A DNA stretch of 64,000 nucleotides from Scyliorhinus canicula (lineage: Eukaryota), in NCBI RefSeq assembly GCF_902713615.1, contig NC_052149.1:126111256-126175255 (forward strand), written 5' to 3'. Under the pieces are notes generated by a model. The model was not told the origin of the DNA. It was given only the letters and a program-made list of their open reading frames with translations, and ran no database searches. Positions 1 to 9,754 of this stretch are shown piece by piece (positions within the stretch are counted from its first letter, which is position 1; each line of letters starts with the position of its first letter). Position numbers and translations under genes: made by a program.

Positions 1-300
1 CGAATCCCATCACAGCAGATGGCTAAATTTGAATCCAATCAAAATTGAATTCAATGTTTAATGATGACCCTGAAATGACTGTTGATTGTTGTAAAAGCCC
101 ATCTCGTTCCCTAATGTCCTTTTGGGAAAGAAGTCTGCCGTCCTTACGTGGTCTGGCCTACATGTGATTCCAGGCTAACAACAATTTGGTTGACATCTGG
201 GAAAACACTTCTGAAATGCAGCCACTTAGAGGGCAATTAGGGATGGGCAATAACTGCTGGCCCAGAAAATGACACCCACACCAATGAATACATTTAAAAA
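1..300 (+). mobile_element. tRNA-derived SINE (5'-truncated) with a LINE-derived 3' tail; copy 2 at ~39085-39390
   Basis: B box GGTTCGAATCC is visible in copy 2 (39089-39099). Tail AATTAGGGATGGGCAATAA is shared with LINE 3' ends at ~2690 and ~12766. Confidence 0.7.
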
Positions 301-1773
301 ACAATTCACCCAGCAACGTGGAAAATTGCCCAGGTTTGTCCTGCACACACCAAACAGGACAAATCCAACCCGGCCGATTACTGCTCCATCAGGCTACTCT
401 CGATCATCAGTAAGGGATGATCAACAGGGCTATCAAGTGTCGTTCAGTCTTGGGGTCACTCAGCTCCTGACCTCATTACAGCCTTGGTTCAAACATGGAC
501 AAAAGAGCTGAACTCCAGCGGTGAGGCCAGAGTAACTGCCCTTTGACCTCGAGGCAGCATTTGACCAAGTTTGGTATCAAGGAGCCCGAGCAAAACTGGC
601 GTCAATGGGAATCAGGGGGAAAACTCTCCGCTGGTTGGAGTCATACCCAGCACAAAGGAAGATAACTGTGAATATTGGAGGTCAGTCATCTCTGTCCTCG
701 GACATCCACACAATCCCTACAGTGCAGAAAGAGGCCATTTGACCCTTTGAGTCGGCACCAGCCCTCCAAAACAGTACCGCACCCAGGTCCACTCCCCCGG
801 CCAATCCCCACAGACCAATCTAACCTTTGGATTCTAATTCACAATTCAACCTGGCTAATCCACTTAACCTGAATTTTCTTGGACTGTGGGAGGAAACCGG
901 AGCACCCAAAGAAAACCCATGCAGACAGCGGGAGAACGTGCAAAATCCATAAAGTCACCCAAGGTTGGAATTGAACACATGTCTCCGGCGCTGTGAGGCA
1001 GAAGTGCCAACCACTCTGCCACCATGGACATTACTCACGGGTTCTTCAGGGGAGGCTCCGAGGCTCAACCAGCTTCAGCTGCTTCATGAATGACTTTCTT
1101 TCTGTCATGAGGTCAGACGTGGGGATGTTCATTCATGACTGCACAATGTTCAGCACAATGTTCAGCACCATTCACAACTCCACAGACACTGAAGCAGACC
1201 TTGCCCTATTACAACAAGGCCTGGACAAAACCCCGGTTTGGGCTGGCAACTGGCAAGTAACATTTGTGCCAGACAATGACCATCTCCAACAAGAGAGAAT
1301 CTAACCATTAACCCTTCACATTCAAAGGCAGTACCTTCACTAAGTTCCCGATTATCAGCATCCTGCAGGTTACCAATTACCAGAAACTGAACTGGACTAA
1401 CCATATAAATACTGTGACGACAAGAGCAGGTCAAAGATGAGGAATCCTGTGGCAGGTAACTCACCTCCTGACTCCCTAAAGCTTATCCACCATTTACAAG
1501 GCACAAGCTGGGAGTGTGATGGAATACTCTCCACTTCCCTGGATGAGTGCAACTTCAAAAGCACTCAAGGAGCTCAACACCATCCAGGACAAAGAACCCC
1601 CACATGATTGGTACCCCACCCACAAACATTCTCTCCCTCCACCACTGATGAACAGTGGCAGCCGTCTGTACCATCTACAAGATGCACTGCATGATCTCAC
1701 CAAGGTTCCTTGGGCAGCAGCTTCCAAACCCACAACCACGACCATCTAGAAGGACAAAGGCAGCAGATACATG

Positions 1774-2492
1774 GGTCGGGATTCTCCAGAAACGTGGCTA
1801 AGTGTTGGCGCCGGCATAAACACCGGAGTGCTTCACGCCGGCATCAATGGGTGTCTTGGTCCAGCGATTCTGTATCCCACAGGGAGCCAGCACGGCACTG
1901 GACTACTCTGCGCTGCTCCAGCTGCCATACGCAGCTCTGCAATGCTGGCCGCGGGTCCACACATACGTGTGGCGGCCGCTTCCACGCCAGCACTGCACAA
2001 CATGGCAGAGCAACACAGCAGACCGGCACGGAAGAAGGTAGGCCCGCCGAAGGTGGTCCCCAATCACGGACCTGGCCGTCGTGGAGGCCCGATCACGGAC
2101 CTGGCCGTCGTGGAGGCCCGATCACGGACCTGGCCGTCGTGGAGGCCCGATCACGGACCTGGCCGTCGTGGAGGCCCGTCCAGAAGACTGATTCCCCCCC
2201 GCCCTCCACCAGGACGGCCACTGCAGCCACGACGCCGAGCTCCCGCCGGTTGCAACCATATATGAACCACGTCGGCGGGAACTCGGCTGGTCGACCGCGG
2301 AGAATGGCCGCGGGGGCCTCTTTCAAAGGTCCCTGACTGGTGTTGCGTTGATCGCGTGCATGTAACTGCCGCCGAATCTCCGGTCGCCGGAGAATCGCGT
2401 CGCAGCGTCGGACCCAATCACGGGTCTGAGGCCCCATTCTGCGCCACCGCTCCGAGTGCCATTTCGCCACGGAGGCTCGGAGAATCCTGGTC
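1774..2492. mobile_element. GC-rich non-autonomous TIR element (PIF/Harbinger-type MITE); copy 2 at 40866-41512
   Basis: Imperfect 13-bp TIRs GGTCGGGATTCTC / GAGAATCCTGGTC; flanks ATG/TTG (3-bp TSD, one mismatch); the host LINE resumes on both sides. Confidence 0.7.
2063..2178 (+). repeat. 29-bp tandem repeat x4 (ATCACGGACCTGGCCGTCGTGGAGGCCCG)
   Basis: Four units read directly; only one unit in the paralog (41170-41198). Confidence 0.95.
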
Positions 2493-2789
2493 TTGGGGTC
2501 AGCACTCCCTGGAACTTGGCCACCAAGTCACTAACCATCCTGACTTGGAAATATATTACCATTCCTTCATTGTCACGGATTCGAAATCCTGGAACTCCCT
2601 TCCTAACAGCACTCACGGTGTATCTATACCGCAAGGACACCAGCGGATTCAGAAGGCAGTTCACCACCACCTTCTGAAGGCTATGAAGGATGGGCAATAA
2701 ACGCTGGTCCAACCAAAAACTCCCACATCACAGAAATAAATTTCAAAATTGCAAAATGAATTTGTGGTAGCAATTAAGAGAAGAAAAAG

Positions 2790-3290
2790 TTAACTTGTGT
2801 GTGGAGTTGGGAGACATGGAGATAGTTCTTAATGAATAATTGACATCAGTTTTCACAAATGAGAGAGACAAAGCTGGCAATGGAAGAGTGATAATGTTGT
2901 ACCGTTGTTTAAAAAGGGAGGAAGGGACAGACTGAGTCATTACTGACCAGTCAGTCTAACCTCAGTGGTCGGGAAATTATTGGAAATAATTCTGAGAGAA
3001 ATTAGAATCATCATTGAGAGAGACACAGTTCGATCAAGGACGGTCAACATGGATTTGTGAAGGGAAGGTCCTGTCTGACTAACTTGATTAACTTTTTTGA
3101 AGAGGGAACGAGGAGTGTTGATAAGGGGAGGGAGTTTGCTGTTGACAACATGGGTTTTCCAAGAACTTTGACAGTTCTCCAACAACAGACGTGTCTGAAA
3201 ATTAAAAGCTGATGGAATCAAAGGGAAAATTGAAAATTGGATTTCAAATTGGTTCAGTGTCAGGAGGTAAAGGTTTGCTGTTAAACTGGT
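2790..3290 (+). mobile_element. Degenerate CR1 RT fragment (copy 2 ~41810-42310)
   Basis: ANVVPLFKKG..YRPVSLTSVVGKLLE..HGFVKGRSCLTNL-like remnants with stops. Confidence 0.7.
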
Positions 3291-3364
3291 TAAATCATTT
3301 TGGAATGTTATCTAAACATTTGTAAAGAAGGTTACTACAAATTCAGCACTGAAATGGTTTCTTT

Positions 3365-3581
3365 TAATTTCGAGTACCCAATTCATATTTTTCCCAATTA
3401 AGGGGCTATCTAGCGTGACCAATCCACCTACCCTGCACGTCTTCGGATTGTGGGGGTGAGACCCACGCAGACACGGAGAGAATGTGCAAACTCCACACGG
3501 ACAGTGGTCCGGGGCCGGGATTAAACCCGGGTACTCAGTGCCATAGGTAGTAGTGCTAACCACTGCACCACCATGCCACCT
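3365..3581 (-). mobile_element. HE1/V-SINE-type tRNA-derived SINE (copy 2 ~42385-42600)
   Basis: A/B-box head and V-domain-like core GTGTGGAGTTTGCACATTCTC...CCACAA. Confidence 0.8.
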
Positions 3582-4691
3582 AGCACTGAAATTGCTAATA
3601 GTATAAGTTTTTAAAGACACAATGTCCCTTAAAGAGACTGTTAACCAGTCAGGAAGCTCAAACTATTGATCAGAATTTTTGGGGGAACAGGTTGAACATT
3701 AACAAGCCACACACAGAGCGGGAGAACTTTATCCCAGAACATTGGAGCAGACTTGGAGCAACACATTTCACAAAGGATTCTGATCGGAGGTCAGTACAGA
3801 AGTTTCTAGATTTAATTTCAAACCCTGCCGCCCAGCACTGGGCTGAGGTCAAGGGTGAGGCTACAATTAGCCTCAGTGTCCGGGGGTCAGACAGGGTCAT
3901 TGCTCCTAATAACCCCCTGGCCTTTGGAGGCTGAGAGTGTGCGAACAATGGGCGAGGGTCAGGATCAGGAATCTCCAAAGTTAAAGAAAGATTTGCATCT
4001 CTGTAGCATCTGAACCACCTGATGTTGTCCTCAAATGTTTTGCAGCCAATTGTGCACAGCAAGATCCCAAAACAGCAATGAGTCAATGAGCATTTGGAGG
4101 AATGTTGAATCAGGGATAAATATCGGACTGAACTCGACCCAAAGAGAAAGTAACTGAGAGTCTCCCCAAGGGCCTGGAACACTGAAGCCACTGGATTGTG
4201 AGCCCTGCTGGACCTGTTTGTCATCAGAACTTTGCTAAGAGATAAGCAGGGAGTGGAGAGAGCAGAGTTAAAGCTGGGGGAAGTGGGACCTCGGTGTCTC
4301 ACTGTGCTGCTGCTGCTGCTGTGATCAGTTATATCAGAGAGTGTGACAGGGAGCCAGAGCTCACATCAAACTCTGCCCGTGTCTGTCACACGCAGACTGA
4401 CAGGAGTCTAGTGAGTGATTTCACTCCATGGTCCAGGAATGTGAACACAGTCTGCAAACGTCCAGATCTCCTCCACACGGTGGGTAAAAGCTGCTTACTT
4501 ATATCTTGCTGCTTAAAGGGGGGGAATGGAACTAAATAAATACAGCTGGGCACCCTGTTCTACACAGTGTTCTTCAATGAACCATTTCATTCACTGCAGC
4601 TCCCCACTAACACTTTCAACTATTCAGCATTTGTGTTTGAGAAAGTTTCAGTATTGAAAGGGTTAATAACGGAGGATTGGGGTTTACTTAC

Positions 4692-4726
4692 TCAGTCTGA
4701 GCTTGGTTCCTTTACCGAACGTAAGC
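4692..4726 (-). CDS. IGKJ: Ig kappa J segment, cluster 1 (LTFGKGTKLRL)
   Basis: FGxG motif; splice donor GTAAGT at 4691-4686; 23-RSS on its 5' side; identical to the J at 43711-43745. Confidence 0.95.
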
Positions 4727-4765
4727 CACACTGACAGCTTCCAGTGCAGGGGCTGTACAAAAACC
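4727..4765 (+). other. 23-RSS of J (cluster 1)
   Basis: Heptamer CACACTG 4727-4733, 23-nt spacer, perfect nonamer ACAAAAACC 4757-4765. Confidence 0.95.
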
Positions 4766-5119
4766 TCTGCTCTCTGCTTCACTCACTCACTCTCACCCTC
4801 TCTCTTTCTCTCTCTGTGTCTCTCACTCACTCATGTCTTTCTCTCTCACTCTTTCTCTCTCTGTTTCTCTCAATGTCTCTGTGTTTGTTGGGAGAGTTGA
4901 GAATTCTACTTTTCGACAATAAACCTTTCAGCTGCTCTTCATATGTGGACATGGAGAGTAAGATGGAAACTTGAGGCCTTCAGTGAGCTGTGGATACCAC
5001 AGGGACTGGAGTGTGTAGTGGACGGTGAGAATCATTTGTACAGTTTCCTATCTTGTGTTTATTCTCTATTACATAAAACTGGGATGTATCAGTACAGGAG
5101 GTGGGAATGTGTGTATTGG

Positions 5120-5147
5120 GGTTTTTGTAAGGCTCTGTATCACTGTG
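5120..5147 (-). other. 12-RSS of V (cluster 1)
   Basis: CACAGTG-ATACAGAGCCTT-ACAAAAACC on the minus strand; perfect consensus. Confidence 0.98.
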
Positions 5148-5445
5148 AGAGGCCAGCTCTTATACTGCTGACAGTAATAATCAGCGACATCCTCATTCTG
5201 CACATTGCTGATTTTCAGGGTGTATTGTATTCCAGATCCACTGCCGGTGAATCGGTCGGATATTCCTGTGAATCGGGTTGAGGCAGAGTAGATCAGCAGA
5301 GCCGGTTTCTGACCTTCTCGCTGTTGATACCAAGCAACATAACCGCTAGCAGATTGACTGGCCGTACAGGTGAGGGTCGCAGTCTGGCCCAGGCTCAATG
5401 ACAGCACCGGGGGAGACTGGGTCATGATGATGTCTCCACTGATAC
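5148..5445 (-). CDS. IGKV: Ig kappa V exon, cluster 1 (mature DIIMTQSP...[10 protein letters not shown])
   Basis: Conserved Cys, WYQQ, LLIY, YYC; short kappa-like CDR1 and CDR2; acceptor CCTCAG|G at 5446/5445; open frame with the leader; unrearranged. Confidence 0.96.
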
Positions 5446-5631
5446 CTGAGGGGTAATAGAGAAACAGAATGAAGTAAGAACTGTCACAGAAAGAGCCTGT
5501 ACAATGAGATATTGTTGGAGACACTGACTGTTCCTCTGCTTTCAGCATTTTCCCTTCAATCACAAGTCAGGAGAATTGGGTTGAAATGGAGAGCAGGAAA
5601 ATATTCAAGGTGGAAGGAGAGAGATTTGTAC

Positions 5632-5680
5632 CTGCGATGCAGAATGCCAGAGGCCAGATCAGCTGGATGGCTGAAATCAT
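5632..5680 (-). CDS. IGKV: Leader exon, cluster 1 (MISAIQLIWPLAFCIA-G)
   Basis: ATG at 5680, hydrophobic signal peptide, phase-1 GT donor at 5631, in frame with the V exon. Confidence 0.9.
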
Positions 5681-5740
5681 GGTGTCTGCTCCTGTCCCTG
5701 TGCCTGGTTACTGATAAACTCTCCCTTCACTGGGCTCTGC

Positions 5741-5819
5741 TTTATAAAGCTGCAGCCTGTGAGTGTCTGACTGCCCGTTCCTCAGTATGTAAATGGCATG
5801 AGGCAGAGACACCACGTCA
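5741..5819 (-). promoter_or_regulatory. V promoter, cluster 1: TATA, variant octamer, CRE-like site
   Basis: TTTATAAA 5741-5748; ATTTACAT (one mismatch to ATTTGCAT) 5787-5794; TGACGTGG 5812-5819. Position upstream of the ATG is typical of V promoters. Confidence 0.7.
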
Positions 5820-6148
5820 GCACCTTCACTTCCTCTTCTTCTCTCTCACTCCCTCCCTCAGTATCTGTCCCTCAGTCTCTGCTCTCTCTCTCTCTCTTCC
5901 TGTCTCTTTCCTCCTCTGTGTCAGTTTCCCACTTTCTGCCTCTGACTCTCCCTCTCTCTGACTGTCTCTATGTATTCTCTTTCCTTTTTCTCTCTTTTTG
6001 TCCATCTCTCTCACTCTTTCTTTCTCTCTCTCTTTCTCAGTATCCCTCTATCTCTCTGTACCATTCTCCATCGTCCTGCAATTCTCCAACTGATCTCTGT
6101 AACTGGTGTCATTATTGGAGATTGGAACACTTTAAGTACTTGTGCAGC

Positions 6149-7253
6149 AGTTAAATGCTTCCCTCTCTCTCTCTCTGTCAGTCTGCCCCTCGCTCTCTCT
6201 TTCCCACACTCTCCCAGGTGGATCACAGTTAAATGCTTCCCTCTCTCTCTCTGTCACAGTCCGCTCCTCGCTCTCTCTTTCCCACACTCTCCAGGTGGAT
6301 CACAGTTAAATGCTTCCCTCTCTCTCTCTATCACAGTCTGCTCCTCGCTCTCTCTTTCCCACACTCTCCCAGGTGGATCACAGTTAAATGCTTCCCTCTC
6401 TCTCTCTCTGTCACAGTCCGCTCCTCGCTCTCATCTTTCCCACACTCTCCCAGGTGGATCACAGTTAAATGCTTCCCTCGTCACAGTCTGCCCCTCGCTC
6501 TCTCTTTCCCACACTTCCCAGGTGGATCACAGTTAAAAGCTTCCCCCCCCTCCCCCTCTCTCTATCACAGTCTGCTCCTCGCTCTCTCTTTCCCACACTC
6601 TCCCAGGTGGATCACAGTTAAATGCTTCCCTCTCTCTCTCTGTCACAGTCTGCCCCTCACTCTCTTTCCCATACTCTCCCAGGTGGATCACAGTTAAATG
6701 CTCCCCCCCTCTCTCTGTCACAGTCTGCTCCTCGCTCTCTCTTTCCCACACTCTCCCAGGTGGATCACAGTTAAATGCTTCCCCCTCTCTCTCTGTCACA
6801 GTCTGTTCCTCGCTCTCTCTCTCTTCCCACACTCTCCCAGGTGGATCACAGTTAAATGCTTCCCTCTCTCTCTCGGTCACAGTCTGTTCCTCGCTCTCTC
6901 TATCCCACACTCTCCCAGGTGGATCACAGTTAAATGCTTCCCTCTCTCTCTCTGTCACAGTCTGTTCCCTCGCTCTCTCTTCCCACACTCTCCCAGGTGG
7001 ATCACAGTTAAATGCTTCCTTCTCTCTCTCACTCTGTCAGTCTGTTCCTCGCTCTCTCTATCCCACGCTCTCCCAGGTGGATCACAGTTAAATGCTTCCC
7101 TCTCTCTCTCACTCTGTCAGTCTGTTCCTCGCTCTCTCTATCCCACACTCTCCCAGGTGGATCACAGTTAAATGCTTCCCTCTCTCTCTCTCGGTCACAG
7201 TCTGCTCCTCGCTCTCTCTTTCCCACACTCTCCCAGGTGGATCACAGTTAAAT
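6149..7253 (+). repeat. ~79-bp minisatellite, 14 units, each with CAGGTG
   Basis: Unit CCCACACTCTCCCAGGTGGATCACAGTTAAATGCTTCC(CT)nGTCACAGTCTGCTCCTCGCTCTCTCTTT, counted by eye. Confidence 0.95.
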
Positions 7254-7694
7254 GTAGGATAAATCTTCCTCTGCTCTGCGTCAACAATGGAGGTTAACTC
7301 TTGACCCCAGAAGCATATCTTCTGAAGTAAGGCCCCATTTCCCACATTGACCATGCTGCAGCCTTGCTCAGTCAGACTGACAGATCATTGTCAGATTAAG
7401 GGTAGTTCTGTGCTGTTGGTCTATTCTCACTGGGTACTGGTTCAGATACAATATTTAATGAAGGCCCAGCAGAGAGAGGAGATCCTCACCCCATTAGTGT
7501 GAGCTGGAGGGACAGAGACTGAGCCACTGATGCATCCTGTCCATTCAGAGCACATTCAGACCCCTTCCCCCCTCCTTCCCCTTCCATGGTCAGTCTCTGG
7601 GTCCTGGTGTTTAAATGGGATGAGGGTTGGATAACCACACATTTACAACATAAAGGAACCATCCTCCTTATCGACCATGGTGTCCATGTCTTAA

Positions 7695-9165
7695 CTGACC
7701 CTCCAATCCGGACCAGTAAACATGGGCCTCCTTCCCACTGACCCTCCAATAGGGACTAGTAAACATGGCCTTCCCACTGACCCTCCAATAGGGACCAGTA
7801 AACATAGGCCTCCTTCCAACTGACCCTCCAATAGGGACCAGTTAACATGGGCCTCCTTCCCACTGGACCCTCCAATAGGGACCAGTAAACATGGGCCTCC
7901 TTCCCACTGGGCTCTCCAATAGGGACAAGTAAACATGGGCCTCCTTCCCACTGGACCCTCCAATAGGGACCAGTAAACATGGGCCTCCTTCCCACTGGAC
8001 CTCCAATAGGGACCAGTAAACATGGGCCTCCTTCCCACTGGGCCCTCCAATAGGGACCAGTAACATGGGCCTTCTTCCCACTGGATCCTTCAATAGGGAC
8101 CAGTAAACATGGGCCTCCTTCCCACTGGACCCTCCAATAGGGACCAGTAAACATAGGCCTCCTTCCAACTGACCCTCCAATAGGGACCAGTTAACATGGG
8201 CCTCCTTCCCACTGGACCCTCCAATAGGGACCAGTAAACATGGGCCTCCTTCCCACTGGACCCTCCAATAGGGACCAGTAAACATGGACCTCCTTCCCAC
8301 TGGATCCTCCAATAGGGACCAGTAAACATGGGCCTTCTTCCCACTGGGCCCTCCAATAGGGACATGTAAACATAGGCCTCCTTCCAACTGACCCTCCAAT
8401 AGGGACCAGTTAACATGGGCCTCCTTCCCACTGGACCCTCCAATAGGGACCAGTAAACATGGGCCTCCTTCCCACTGGACCTCCAATAGGGACCAGTAAA
8501 CATGGGCCTCCCTTCCCCTGGGCCCTCCAATAGGGACCAGTAAACAGGGCCTTCTTCCCACTGGATCCTTCAATAGGGACCTCGTAAACCCATGGGCCTC
8601 CTTCCCACTGGATCCTCCAATAGGGACCAGTAAAACATAGGCCTCCTTCCAACATGCAACCCCCAATAGGGACAAGTTAACATGGGCCTCCCCTTCCCAC
8701 TGGACCCTCCAATACGGGACAACAGTAAACCAATGTGGTTGCCCTCCTTCCCACTGGCTCGTCCAATCGGGACAAGGTAAACATAGGCCCTCCTCCCCCT
8801 GGACCCTCCAAATAGGGACCAGGTAAACATGGGCCATCCTTCCTCACTGGACCTCCAATAGGGACCAGTAAACATGGGCCTCCTTTCCACTGGGCACTCC
8901 AATCGGGACCAGTAAACATGGGCCTCCTTCCCACTGATCCTTCAATAGGGACCATAGAAACATGGGACTTTCCTTCCCACTGGATCCTCCAAAGAGGTGG
9001 ACCAGTAACCATGGGCCTCTTCCCACTGGGCCCTCCAATAGGGACCAGTAAACATGGGCCTCCTTCCCACTGGACCCTCCAATAGGGACCATTAAACATG
9101 GGCCTTCTTCCCACTGGACCCTCCAATAGGGACCAGTAAACATGGGCCTCCTTCCCACTGGACCT
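7695..9165 (+). repeat. 44-bp minisatellite, ~34 units
   Basis: Unit CTCCAATAGGGACCAGTAAACATGGGCCTCCTTCCCACTGGACC; noisy between ~8500 and 9050. Confidence 0.95.
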
Positions 9166-9224
9166 CCTCTGAGCTTCAAGTCCACATCCTCTCCATCACG
9201 GAGGCCCCTTATTTCCATATCCAC

Positions 9225-9527
9225 TGATGTGACCATCAATTCATGAGACACGTGGTTGGAAGTGAACAGTGGTTTTAATAGTCTTACAACAGAGGCTGCC
9301 TGCGACGTGATGAACTGGCAGGCAGGCTCACGACTGCAAAGCTTTATACTTCGGTTAGTGGAAGGAGCCATGGGCGGAACCATGGGCGGAGCCAAAGGTG
9401 GAGTCCAGTACAAACTCCTCATCTCCCCCTATGGGCAGAGCCGCGCAACTGCTCGGTATACGAGCTTACATGAATACAACACGTCATATAACAACAGTGT
9501 GAATTAAGAGGAGTGTGATTCACCACA
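9225..9527 (-). mobile_element. Solo LTR, gypsy-type (copy 2 47457-47759)
   Basis: TG...CA termini (TGATG / CACA) and a TCCAC direct repeat on both sides. Confidence 0.75.
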
Positions 9528-9754
9528 TCCACAACATTGTCCGTCTCTACACTACATCAGCCCCTTGAGCACAGAACCCCTTATTCCGGCTTGTCCCGCC
9601 TCCTAACTCTATTATTCTGATATCCTCTCCTGGCTTCCTTTATTCACACTCCCCATCCTGTCCCAAATGCAGTGGGTCTGTACCCTGTCACGCACAAACT
9701 GTTACCCCAGCAGTACCCCTGATCTCACTGACCTATTACCCCTAACCTCATGAA

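Larger units (their letters stand above)
305..2740 (+). mobile_element. Degenerate non-LTR (CR1/L2-type) LINE RT and 3' fragments, interrupted by a SINE (~712-1025, minus) and a TIR element (1774-2492)
   Basis: RT-region remnants (WKIAQVCP..KQDKSNP..YRPISLLS-like) with frameshifts; 3' tail at 2690-2740. Confidence 0.65.

Noticed and set aside
4300-4569. Perfect heptamers in the J-C intron (4300-4306, 4563-4569) as extra J/D segments
   Set aside because: No nonamer at the right spacing and no FGxG coding segment.
4727-4733. J heptamer CACACTG as an inactivating mutation
   Set aside because: The critical CAC and the nonamer are intact, both copies share it, and this variant is tolerated in functional RSS.
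4692-5445. Germline-joined VJ
   Set aside because: Both clusters keep intact RSS and ~420 bp between V and J.
5069-5563. ORF-track N-terminus MIEGKMLK... and C-terminus [10 protein letters not shown]... as protein
   Set aside because: These are read-through of the leader intron and RSS; the real gene uses the spliced leader.
6149-7253. CACAGTT/CACAGTC in each unit as cryptic RSS
   Set aside because: No nonamer at 12 or 23 nt; only CT repeats follow.
6149-9165. Minisatellites as CRISPR arrays or genes
   Set aside because: Vertebrate DNA; units are contiguous with no unique spacers and no cas genes; ORFs are repeat artefacts.
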